This document shows positions 26,756 to 35,647 of a stretch of 64,000 bases of DNA, in pieces. Below the pieces are notes generated by a model that saw only the letters and a list, made by a program, of their open reading frames with translations, was not told where the DNA came from and made no database searches. Positions within the stretch are counted from its first letter, which is position 1, and every line of letters begins with the position of its first letter. A program made the translations under genes and the position numbers. Origin of the DNA: Patescibacteria group bacterium (GTDB lineage: Bacteria > Patescibacteriota > Minisyncoccia > Phycocordibacterales > UBA12079); NCBI GenBank assembly GCA_034661035.1, contig JAYEKM010000008.1, positions 11,677-75,676 on the forward strand. The letters are read 5' to 3'.

Positions 26756-26790
26756 ACTTTTTACTTTATAGACTTTATGAACTTTCGACT
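26756..26790 (-). repeat. AAAGTCTAT-type 9/7-mer repeats upstream of four-helix-bundle gene (inverted copies at 26385-26422)
   Basis: AGTCGAAAGTTCATAAAGTCTATAAAGTAAAAAGT-ATG upstream versus ACTTTATAGAC...CTTTATAGACTTTT downstream. Confidence 0.8.
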
Positions 26791-27227
26791 GTAACATCCA
26801 TTTTATCAAGTTTACCTTTTTCTGCAACAAAAGACTTATCCTTCCTCAATTTTAAAAGAATGAAATAAGCCAGCAACCAACCCAACATATCCATTAAAAT
26901 ATCCAGACTAGTGTCTAAGTTAAAGTTAGATTGATAAATTGAAGCCTTTGCTAAATATTCAAAAATTTCCCACAAAATACCTACTGTTATTACAAAAAAT
27001 AAGGATGTATAGAATATAGAAAGTTTTTCTTTAATTCTTCTAAAATATTTCGATAGAAAAAAAATATAATAAGAAAGCAAAGCCACCCAAAAACCACCAA
27101 GAAAGTGCATAATTATGTCAAACCACCAAAATTTCCAATATAGGAAAAAGTGGCTAGCAAGAATATTTAAAATAAAGATTATATAAATAAAAACAACCAG
27201 AAAAATTGAAAAAGTTTTTTTGCTCAT
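26775..27227 (-). CDS. Membrane protein, VanZ/DUF2238-like (start MSKKT)
   Basis: WWFDIIMHFLGG, WEIFEY, DTSLDI; ORF-track N-terminus comes from the upstream element. Confidence 0.7.
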   Translation of the reverse strand: MSKKTFSIFLVVFIYIIFILNILASHFFLYWKFWWFDIIMHFLGGFWVALLSYYIFFLSKYFRRIKEKLSIFYTSLFFVITVGILWEIFEYLAKASIYQSNFNLDTSLDILMDMLGWLLAYFILLKLRKDKSFVAEKGKLDKMDVTVESS

Positions 27228-27231
27228 ATTT

Positions 27232-27446
27232 ACCCTGTTAAATAAGATTTGATTCTTTTTTTTAATAAGTACCTCTTCATAATGTGTTTTTAAATTACTG
27301 AACAAACTTTCCTTTTACCGCAACCATCAAATCTTAACTTTAAATTTTTTATATAATATAATTTATATAAAACTTTTTATCCTTAGCTGATTATAGCATA
27401 TATACATAGAACATTTTCCGCAAGATTTAAAGTTATTTAATAGGGT
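27232..27446 (-). mobile_element. TIR-bounded element with GIY-YIG pseudogene
   Basis: ACCCTATTAAATAA...TTATTTAACAGGGT; decayed MFYVYML*S.KDKKFY, NLKLRFD, LKTHY, KRIKSYLTG fragments; homologous to 22973-23180. Confidence 0.8.
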
Positions 27447-27473
27447 GAATTATATCACACGGTCAAATAGAAA

Positions 27474-27604
27474 TAAAAAAAAGACCTTTCCGAGGAAAGG
27501 TCCTAAGGAGAAAAAGAGTGGGAGTCTGCGGTGGCGTGGCCGATGATGTGAAATAACGTAAACTTCTCAAAACTTTTTCGTCCTAAAAATGAACAACTTG
27601 TCTA
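27474..27604 (-). ncRNA. Candidate small transcript (promoter to terminator, no clear SD-ATG ORF)
   Basis: TTGCAT-16-TG.TATACT at 27637-27610, terminator GGACCTTTCC/GGAAAGGTCT+T run. Confidence 0.4.
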
Positions 27605-27714
27605 CTATTAGTATAGCAAGGAAACTTAAAAATGCAAGGAAAATTGGATTTAATCTTTAAAAAAGTGGCAAAAATATAAAAAATCAGCTAAGATTAAGAT
27701 TGTTAAATTAAATT

Positions 27715-28542
27715 ATGAACAACCTAAGAACAACAGTAATAAAACCTAAAAAGACTATCAGTTGGGATGACCTTAGAGAAATTTGGAAATATAAAGAATT
27801 ACTTTATTTTTTCACTTGGCGAGACATTAAGGTGAGATATAAGCAAACTGCCATCGGTATTCTCTGGGCCCTTTTCCAACCTTTTATGACAATGGTAGTT
27901 TTTAGTATTTTCTTTGGTGGATTAGCTAAAATGCCTTCCGATGGTATTCCTTATCCAATTTTTGTTTACACCGGACTATTGCTTTGGCAATTCTTTTCAG
28001 GAGCTTTATCAGACACGAGTAATTGTTTAATCAACAATAAAAGTGTCATCACAAAGGTTTACTTCCCACGTCTGCTACTACCGATTTCATCAACCATTAC
28101 AAAATTTGTTGATTTTGGGATAGCTTCTACAATTTTGGTAGGAATGATGATTTACTATCAATACATACCAAACTTAATAGGATTATTAATTTTACCTTTA
28201 CTTCTTCTTATTACTTTTATGGCGTCAGTGGGAGGAGGTTTATTTCTAGCCTCCATTAATGTTAAATATCGTGATGTCCGTTACGCTCTACCTTTTTTCA
28301 TATCAATGATGATGTTCGTCACTCCTGTAATTTATCCAGCTAGTATTGCCGGTAAATACTCTTGGATTTTAGCGCTAAACCCCATGACAGGTGTAATTAA
28401 AGCAGCTAGGGCAGCTATTTTAGGCAATGCCCCCATTAACTGGACCTTATTACTCATCTCTGGAGTAACTTGTCTCATAATACTAATTATTGGTTTTATT
28501 TTCTTCAAAAAAACCGAGAGATACTTCGCAGATATAGTATAA
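27715..28542 (+). CDS. wzm: Polysaccharide ABC exporter permease Wzm
   Basis: RDIKVRYKQT..G.LWA..QP, KVYFPR, YRDV, TPVIYP, NPMT. Confidence 0.92.
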   Translation: MNNLRTTVIKPKKTISWDDLREIWKYKELLYFFTWRDIKVRYKQTAIGILWALFQPFMTMVVFSIFFGGLAKMPSDGIPYPIFVYTGLLLWQFFSGALSDTSNCLINNKSVITKVYFPRLLLPISSTITKFVDFGIASTILVGMMIYYQYIPNLIGLLILPLLLLITFMASVGGGLFLASINVKYRDVRYALPFFISMMMFVTPVIYPASIAGKYSWILALNPMTGVIKAARAAILGNAPINWTLLLISGVTCLIILIIGFIFFKKTERYFADIV

Positions 28543-28546
28543 AAGA

Positions 28547-28652
28547 GTAAAAAGTCTATAAAGTCCTTAAAGTAGAAAGTAAAAAAAATGGGAAATTGAC
28601 TTCGCCAATTTCCAATTTTTTTACTTTATAGACTTTCGACTTTATAAACTTT
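28547..28652. repeat. Hairpin built from AAAGTCTAT-type repeats at the wzm/RND junction
   Basis: AAAGTCTATAAAGTCCTTAAAGTAGAAAGT...ACTTTATAGACTTTCGACTTTATAAACTTTC; supplies the RND stop codon. Confidence 0.75.
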
Positions 28653-31600
28653 CGGCTCTTCTTTATAAGCTCTTAAATATAAAACCGGTATCATTACTAG
28701 TGTAACCACAGTCGCAAAAGACAAACCAAAGATAATTGAAAAAGCTAGAGGACCCCAAACAGAGGAAGCAAGAATTAGAGGAGTCATTCCTATAACTGTG
28801 GTTAAAGTGGTAAGGAGCACTGGCCTCAAACGAAGAACTGAAGATTCTATAACGATATCCTTAAGAGGAAGTTCTCTTTTCTCTTTTCTCATGGAGTTCA
28901 TTGTGTCAATTAAGATAATTGCATTATTGACAACAATTCCTGCCAGAGCTATCACACCGATAAAAGAAGGGAAAGAAAAAGTGCTCCCTATTATAGTTAA
29001 TCCAACCAAAACACCAATCAAAGACATCAAGACACCCGCCACTATAAAGAAAGTTTGTCTGAAAGAGTTAAATTGTAATATCAAAACAACAATAACCAAG
29101 ATTAGCCCAGCCACCAAAGCCATCAGCATTTCAGTAAAGGTCTTAGCAATATCTTCATTTTCACCTCCTGTTTTTAACAAAACACCCTCAGGAAGGAAAG
29201 TCTCGTCATCTTTTATAATGGATTGGAATTCTTTATTAATTTCAACAGCATTAGCTCCCTCTTTTAATTGAGATGAAGCGGTAGCAATCCGATCCCCTTC
29301 TTCATGGTTGATAGAAGCATTACTTTTTTGAATTGTCACATCCATCAACGAGCCTAAAAGAATTACTCCATTAGGGGTATTAATTTCCATCTGCCTAATA
29401 GAATCAACTGTAGTCCTTGAAGTTAAATTTGGATCAACATTATCTATATTAAGATTTAGTTTGACCAAAACATCAATATCTTCACCACCTGCTTTTATGG
29501 TGGTTGCGTCTACCCCATAAATAGCTGTCCTTAAAATTGAAGCAACTATTACTGGCGATAAATTACTTTCTGATAATTTAGACCTATCTATTTTCAAAAC
29601 AAATTCTGTAACATTATTTTTCATACTATTGGTTACATCGATTGTTCCAGGAATATTTTTCAAAATATCTTCGGCTTTAACAACAACTCTTTCCAAATCA
29701 TCCAAGTCAGCCCCGAAAAATTTTATTAAAACAGGAGCTCCTGAAGGAGGACCCGAACCAGGCTGAGCAACAGTCACTTTGGCTATTCTAATATCTGCTA
29801 ATTCAAACCTTAAATCTTCTATCAATTCTAGACTGTTTTTTTCTCTATCCTTCTTCAATAGAACAGTGATATTCCCTAACTTTTCGCCAGAACTACTACC
29901 AGAATTACTAAAAGCATTTGAGGAACCAACTGACGTAGCAAATGATTCAATATAAGATTGGTTATATAAAATTTCTTCCACTGCTCTGACAGCCAAATCA
30001 GTTTCTTCTAGAACCGTTCCCTGCAACATTTCTACATCAACATAAATAAACTTAGAATCTTCTGGGGGGAACAAGGAGGTTTTAAGCAAGCCAGTAATTG
30101 GTAAAGAGAAAGAAAGAATTAAAGCAATCACCATCGACCACAAAAATCTTTTTTGAAACTTCTTACTACCTAAAATATATTCTAATTTCTTTTTATACCA
30201 ACCTCTTAATAATTCATTATATTTCTTTTGTTTCTGAAATAATTTACTATTACTATTTCCGTTCCTTTTTAAGACTACTAAAGCAATTAAAGGAACAATA
30301 CCTAAAGCTACAAAAAGTGAAGCAAATAAAACAAAAATTAATGTATAGGGAATTCCCTTAACAAATTCGCCCATAATGCCAGACAAAAAGAATAAAGGAA
30401 AAAAGGCTGCCACTGTAGTCAACGTTCCAGAAGTTAAGGGTATATAAAATTCTTTAATAGTTTTAATAGCTGATTCGTTACCACTCAGTCCTTGTTTAAT
30501 TTTGACGTGCATAGCTTCAGTTACCACAATAGCGGAATCCACCAAAATTCCTACTGCCAAAATCAGAGCAAATAAAGAAATAAAATTAAGAGTGTTACCT
30601 GTAAAATACAAACCTGTAAAAGAAACCAAGAACGAAAGAGGGACTGCTAAACCAGCAATTAAAGATTCTCTCCAACCAATAGCAAAAAATAAGATTAGTG
30701 TAACTAAGAAAACAGTAGCTAATCCCGACATAGATAAATTTCTTAAGTCATCGTTTAAATACTCGGCCATATCGATTGAAATCAATACCTCAGCCCCTTC
30801 CAAAATACCACCTTCCTGCAGTCTAGCTAATTCTTTCTTAACACTTTTTACAATAGTACTGATATCACTCCCCCTCTTCTTAAAGATAGACAATGAAACA
30901 GCTTGCTGAGAAGGTTGCCCATTGACACTAACTCTAGAAAATGAAGATTTTTGACTAACTCCGTCAGAGATAAAAGCCAGATCTCTAACATAAATAATCT
31001 CCCCCCCGATACTTGAAATAGGGATATCTTTAATCTCATTTGAATCAACAAGATCCCCTTTAAATTTTAAAGGATACTTGATTCCTTGTATCTCTATGTC
31101 TCCTATTGGTAAAGAAGAATTAGCTTTAGAGATTGCATTAACAATATCTGTAATTCCTAAACCAAATTTAGAAAGAGCTGATTGGTTTACAACCACCTGA
31201 ACTTCCCTGTCTGAAATTCCACTAATACCTATTTTAGAAACACCATTAACAGACTTTAATTCATCTTTGACGTCTTCGGATAATTTAATAAATTCAGTTA
31301 CCGGTAAATCACTGGAAATAGATAGCATCAGAATAGGTTGATCGGCAAAATTTATATCTGAAATAACTGGGTCTTTAGCTTCACTAGGTAATTCTGATTT
31401 AACTTTATCAACTTCATCTTTTACTTTTTGAATAGATTCCTGGATATCAGCGTCAGCATCAAATTCAACTACTACTGAAGAAAACCCCTCTCCTGAGGTA
31501 GAGGTAATCTTATTTAATGTATCCAAATTGTTAATTAATTGATCTTCTATTTTATCGGTTATCAATCTTTCTGTGTCTAAAGCTGAGGACCCTGGTAAAA

Positions 31601-31751
31601 ATGTAGAAACAATAGCTAAAGGAATTTGTATTTCAGGAGAAGATTCTTTTGTGATATTAACTAAAGAAAAAATCCCTGCCATAATTAAGGAAGAAACTAA
31701 CAATATAGTAAAACTTTTTTTCTTTATAAAAAATATCCAGAAATTTTGCAT
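28626..31751 (-). CDS. RND efflux permease (AcrB/AcrD/AcrF family)
   Basis: 1041 aa, GILVDSAIVV, GIVVNNAIILID, RLRPVLLTTLTT. Confidence 0.95.
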   Translation of the reverse strand: MQNFWIFFIKKKSFTILLVSSLIMAGIFSLVNITKESSPEIQIPLAIVSTFLPGSSALDTERLITDKIEDQLINNLDTLNKITSTSGEGFSSVVVEFDADADIQESIQKVKDEVDKVKSELPSEAKDPVISDINFADQPILMLSISSDLPVTEFIKLSEDVKDELKSVNGVSKIGISGISDREVQVVVNQSALSKFGLGITDIVNAISKANSSLPIGDIEIQGIKYPLKFKGDLVDSNEIKDIPISSIGGEIIYVRDLAFISDGVSQKSSFSRVSVNGQPSQQAVSLSIFKKRGSDISTIVKSVKKELARLQEGGILEGAEVLISIDMAEYLNDDLRNLSMSGLATVFLVTLILFFAIGWRESLIAGLAVPLSFLVSFTGLYFTGNTLNFISLFALILAVGILVDSAIVVTEAMHVKIKQGLSGNESAIKTIKEFYIPLTSGTLTTVAAFFPLFFLSGIMGEFVKGIPYTLIFVLFASLFVALGIVPLIALVVLKRNGNSNSKLFQKQKKYNELLRGWYKKKLEYILGSKKFQKRFLWSMVIALILSFSLPITGLLKTSLFPPEDSKFIYVDVEMLQGTVLEETDLAVRAVEEILYNQSYIESFATSVGSSNAFSNSGSSSGEKLGNITVLLKKDREKNSLELIEDLRFELADIRIAKVTVAQPGSGPPSGAPVLIKFFGADLDDLERVVVKAEDILKNIPGTIDVTNSMKNNVTEFVLKIDRSKLSESNLSPVIVASILRTAIYGVDATTIKAGGEDIDVLVKLNLNIDNVDPNLTSRTTVDSIRQMEINTPNGVILLGSLMDVTIQKSNASINHEEGDRIATASSQLKEGANAVEINKEFQSIIKDDETFLPEGVLLKTGGENEDIAKTFTEMLMALVAGLILVIVVLILQFNSFRQTFFIVAGVLMSLIGVLVGLTIIGSTFSFPSFIGVIALAGIVVNNAIILIDTMNSMRKEKRELPLKDIVIESSVLRLRPVLLTTLTTVIGMTPLILASSVWGPLAFSIIFGLSFATVVTLVMIPVLYLRAYKEEPKVYKVESL

Positions 31752-31843
31752 AATAATTGTTTAGTCTAAAGTCCTTAATATCCATAAAGCCGAAAGTGAA
31801 AAATTTGCTTTGCAAATTTTTCTTACCTTATGGGCTTTTGACT

Positions 31844-33460
31844 TCATAGACTTTCGACTATTTGTCCTTCTTTCAATCCTCTCGCATCTATAACAATTTC
31901 CATATCAGCTGTGACACCTTCTTTTATAATTATTTTTTCTCCTAAGATAGGACCTAAAATTACAGGATGAGAAATCAATTTATTTCCTTCACCCACTGTA
32001 AAAACGGTTGTGTCAGCAGATCCAATCTTTAGAGCTGAAATCGGAACAGAAAGTTCTGTTAATTCTTCTTCAACTTCTTGAAAAATTCTTTCAACCAACA
32101 AAGAAACTGACTGTCCATTAGTCAAAACCATATCTGAATCTTTTAAGGTAACCTCCACTTTTATCTTTTTTGTTTTGTTGTCTATGGCAGGAGCGATATT
32201 TTTAACTTCTCCTTGCCATTTAGAACCAACTAAAACCTTAGAACCAACTTCAACATCATCTCTATCTTCTTCTGTAATATAGGTAACTACCTCTAAAGAT
32301 TTATTATTGGCAATACTTACTACAGGAGTAAAAGCTGAAACAAAATCACCCTTTTCTAAATTAAGGATATTAATAGTTCCACTAATAGAGGCTCTAATAA
32401 TTGTTTTCTCTAAATTAGCGTAAGCTGATTGCAGACCTGCTTCAGCTTGTTTTAATTGAGCTTCTGCTGAGATAACGTCTTCTGATCTCCCCCCTGTTTG
32501 AGCCTGTTCATAATTCAACTCAGCAATTTCAAAGTTTGAGTAAGCCCCATTCAAACTATTCTTAGCTGTAGACAAAGCTGTTGCAGATGTGTTGATCACA
32601 GTTCTGGTTGTACTTATATTAGTTTTCCATGTAGTGATAGTTGTTTCTGATAAGTTTGAAGTCGGAGTTAGGATATTTACAGCCAAAGCTAATTTATCAA
32701 GAAAAACTCTAATGGAATTAATATTTGACTTTCTTTTATCCAATTCCCCTATTAAATCATCTTCTACATCAAATGTAGTTAGTGTATCTGACCACTCCTC
32801 TAACATTTCTTCTAAAAGCAATCTTCTCCACTCAAGATCAATTTCTAATTGAGAATCAACCACAGGGAAAATTACTTGTGGATCATCTCCTCGGGCGTCT
32901 CTAAACATAGCGTCCATTTTATTTCTAATAGAGTCATCAGCTTTAGCAAAAGAATCGTTCAAAGTGTTAACAACTGATATTTTGGTTTCAGTTAAAGTAT
33001 TTTGAACATTATCTAGAGTGGTTTTAAGAATAGAAGTCTGTTCATCTCTACCTCCTTTTTTTATCTTATCTAAACCTGCTTGAGCAACTTCAACACTGGC
33101 CTCTGCTTGAGTCACAGCTGATTTTTGTGTCCAATTGTCTAATTCACCAATAATTTGATTAGACCAAACAGTATCGCCTAATTTTTTGTAAACCCCAATT
33201 ACTTCTCCTGATATTTGAGAATAAATATTAGCAGAAGATTGTGACTGAACTTTTCCTAATAAAGGCAATGGATCTTTATTCAAAGAAAGATTCCTAACTG
33301 ACATAGTAGCAACTTGTCTAACATCAGAAGAATCAATATCTTGATCCCCATTTTCCTGAACAACCAATCTCTGATAAAAGATAATTGTTAAAATAGCTAA
33401 AATAGTGAAAACTATAATAACTTTATTACGACCTAACCCTTTATTTCTTAAATCTAACAT
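31844..33460 (-). CDS. RND periplasmic adaptor (HlyD/MFP) with long helical insertion (start MLDL)
   Basis: SQISGEV..V..K.GD.V, IRASISGTI, VPISAL, GLKEGQIV. Confidence 0.88.
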   Translation of the reverse strand: MLDLRNKGLGRNKVIIVFTILAILTIIFYQRLVVQENGDQDIDSSDVRQVATMSVRNLSLNKDPLPLLGKVQSQSSANIYSQISGEVIGVYKKLGDTVWSNQIIGELDNWTQKSAVTQAEASVEVAQAGLDKIKKGGRDEQTSILKTTLDNVQNTLTETKISVVNTLNDSFAKADDSIRNKMDAMFRDARGDDPQVIFPVVDSQLEIDLEWRRLLLEEMLEEWSDTLTTFDVEDDLIGELDKRKSNINSIRVFLDKLALAVNILTPTSNLSETTITTWKTNISTTRTVINTSATALSTAKNSLNGAYSNFEIAELNYEQAQTGGRSEDVISAEAQLKQAEAGLQSAYANLEKTIIRASISGTINILNLEKGDFVSAFTPVVSIANNKSLEVVTYITEEDRDDVEVGSKVLVGSKWQGEVKNIAPAIDNKTKKIKVEVTLKDSDMVLTNGQSVSLLVERIFQEVEEELTELSVPISALKIGSADTTVFTVGEGNKLISHPVILGPILGEKIIIKEGVTADMEIVIDARGLKEGQIVESL

Positions 33461-33475
33461 ATTTTTCTTGTTCGC

Positions 33476-33495
33476 CCTGCCTGCCGGCAGGCAGG
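33476..33495. repeat. Perfect 20-bp palindrome CCTGCCTGCCGGCAGGCAGG
   Basis: Directly visible, nested in TTCGCCC...GGGCGAA (33471-33505). Confidence 0.9.
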
Positions 33496-33608
33496 CTTGG
33501 GCGAAATTATATCTACCTTGCAAAAATTACTGGGGTATTATACCAAAAATAAGTGAAAAAGATAGATTTTCTCCTAAAAAATGGTAAAATAACACTTACA
33601 TAAACAAT

Positions 33609-34898
33609 ATGTCTGATCCAAGAGAACCGATGATTTCGGTTAAAAACATCTCTAAAAAGTATAAAATAACCCATCAACAGGGTGGTTATATTGCTATGCG
33701 AGATGTCATGGCAAATATAGCTAAAAAACCCTTTTCTTTCTTAAAAAGAAAGGTTAATAAGATTACAGGAAGAACAACCAGAGAAGACTTTTGGGCCTTA
33801 GAAGACATTAATTTTGATATTTTTAAAGGGGAAGCTGTAGGGATTATTGGTGCAAACGGAGCAGGCAAATCTACCCTTTTAAAAATCTTAACGGGTATTA
33901 CCCCACCCACCACAGGAGAAATAAAGATGTACGGAAAAGTTGCCTCTCTCCTAGAAGTTGGAACGGGATTCCATGGAGAGCTTACAGGAAGAGAAAATAT
34001 TTTTTTAAACGGGGCCATCCTTGGAATGACCAAGGAAGAGATAGCTGAAAAATTTGATGCTATTGTAAGATTTTCTGGTGTTAAAAAATTCATTGATACA
34101 CCTGTTAAAAGATATTCGTCAGGAATGTTAGTCCGTCTAGGTTTCTCGGTCGCAGCTCATATGGAGCCAGATATTCTTTTAGTTGATGAAGTCCTCGCTG
34201 TCGGTGATGCGGAGTTTCAAAAGAAATGCCTTGGTAAGATGGACGAGGTCACCAAAGAAGGAGGTCGTACTATTCTCTTTGTCAGCCATAATATGGCAGC
34301 TATCCAAAATCTCTGCAAAAGGTGTATTCTAATTGAAGAAGGTAAAATTAAAATGATTGGTAAGACAAAAGATGTTATTGATAGATATTTAAAATCTGAA
34401 ATACAAGACAATCCTCAAATTAAGTTTAAACCTGATTTAAATAAAAAAGCTCAAATCTTAGGAATAAAAATGAGGAACGAGAAGAACGAAATAATCAATC
34501 AAATTAATTATCAGGAACATTTTGAAATTGAATTACTAACGGATATCAGAGTTAAAAATAAAACTTATTATATTATAATCATAATTTACAACTCTGTTGG
34601 AAATATAATATTAACAACCACTGATAGAGATTTAGAACAATCTTTTATCAGTCAAATAGACAAAGTTAATAAAGAAAATAAACATTTAATCAGATTTCCA
34701 AATAAATTACTAAAACCAGGACAATATTATATCTCAATAAATTTAACTAGTGATAATCAAGGCGCTATAGACAAGCATAGTTCAGTGCTAAGTTTTAATA
34801 TTATAGACACCATATCTAAAAGATCTAAAGATAATGGTTACCGAGATACTGCTATTGTTGCTCCAGAAATAAACTGGATTTCCAAGGTAGAAAAATAA
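33609..34898 (+). CDS. wzt: Polysaccharide ABC exporter ATPase Wzt with C-terminal carbohydrate-binding domain
   Basis: GANGAGKST, YSSGM, DEVLAVGD, C-terminal Wzt_C-like extension. Confidence 0.93.
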   Translation: MSDPREPMISVKNISKKYKITHQQGGYIAMRDVMANIAKKPFSFLKRKVNKITGRTTREDFWALEDINFDIFKGEAVGIIGANGAGKSTLLKILTGITPPTTGEIKMYGKVASLLEVGTGFHGELTGRENIFLNGAILGMTKEEIAEKFDAIVRFSGVKKFIDTPVKRYSSGMLVRLGFSVAAHMEPDILLVDEVLAVGDAEFQKKCLGKMDEVTKEGGRTILFVSHNMAAIQNLCKRCILIEEGKIKMIGKTKDVIDRYLKSEIQDNPQIKFKPDLNKKAQILGIKMRNEKNEIINQINYQEHFEIELLTDIRVKNKTYYIIIIIYNSVGNIILTTTDRDLEQSFISQIDKVNKENKHLIRFPNKLLKPGQYYISINLTSDNQGAIDKHSSVLSFNIIDTISKRSKDNGYRDTAIVAPEINWISKVEK

Positions 34899-34902
34899 AA
34901 TT

Positions 34903-35640
34903 ATGAAAAAATTAGCAATTATCCCCGCTAGAGGCGGGTCAAAAAGATTGAAGAACAAAAACAGACTCCTATTAAGTGGGAAACCTTTAGTTGTTTATAC
35001 AATAGAGTCAGCAATTAAAAGTAAACTATTTGATAAAATTATTCTTTCAACTGATGATGAAAAAATCGCTAAAATAGGTAAAGATTTAGGGATATCAATA
35101 TATTATCGACCCAAAAAATATGCATCTGACACCGCCACAGTAATTCAAGCTCTCGTTGAATTAATGGAAACTTTTGAAAAAAATGGTGAAAAATATGATG
35201 TTGTTTGTCAAATGCTCCCAACTTGCCCTTTTAGAGATTTTGAAGACATTAAAAAAGGAATACAATTATTGGATAAAAAAACAGATTCTGTCATAAGTAT
35301 TTCCACCTATAATTTCCCTTTACCAAAATCACTAAGCAAAAAAGGAGACTTTATAAAACCATATTGGCCTAATTCTCCATTTTTAACAGGAAAAACAAGA
35401 ACACAGGATCAACAAATCTTTTATCATGATAATGGAGCCTTCTATATATCTTGGTGGGAATCAATAAAAAAATATAAAACTTTCTATAAAGGAGAAATAA
35501 AAGGGTATGAGATAAATCATCTAAAAACTATTGATATAGATAATAAACTTGATTTTGAAATGGCAGAAATAATATTAACACATGTTAAAGACAATAAAAA
35601 TCAATCGGAAATTAAAAAACTTTTGTCTCATTTAATTTAA
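34903..35640 (+). CDS. Acylneuraminate cytidylyltransferase (NeuA/PseF/LegF family)
   Basis: IPARGGSKR..KN, STDD, PTCPFR, RTQD, NGAFY, IDID. Confidence 0.92.
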   Translation: MKKLAIIPARGGSKRLKNKNRLLLSGKPLVVYTIESAIKSKLFDKIILSTDDEKIAKIGKDLGISIYYRPKKYASDTATVIQALVELMETFEKNGEKYDVVCQMLPTCPFRDFEDIKKGIQLLDKKTDSVISISTYNFPLPKSLSKKGDFIKPYWPNSPFLTGKTRTQDQQIFYHDNGAFYISWWESIKKYKTFYKGEIKGYEINHLKTIDIDNKLDFEMAEIILTHVKDNKNQSEIKKLLSHLI

Positions 35641-35647
35641 TAAATTT

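Noticed and set aside
26385-31859. Repeats as a CRISPR array
   Set aside because: Units are 7-9 nt, have no regular unique spacers, and no cas genes are present
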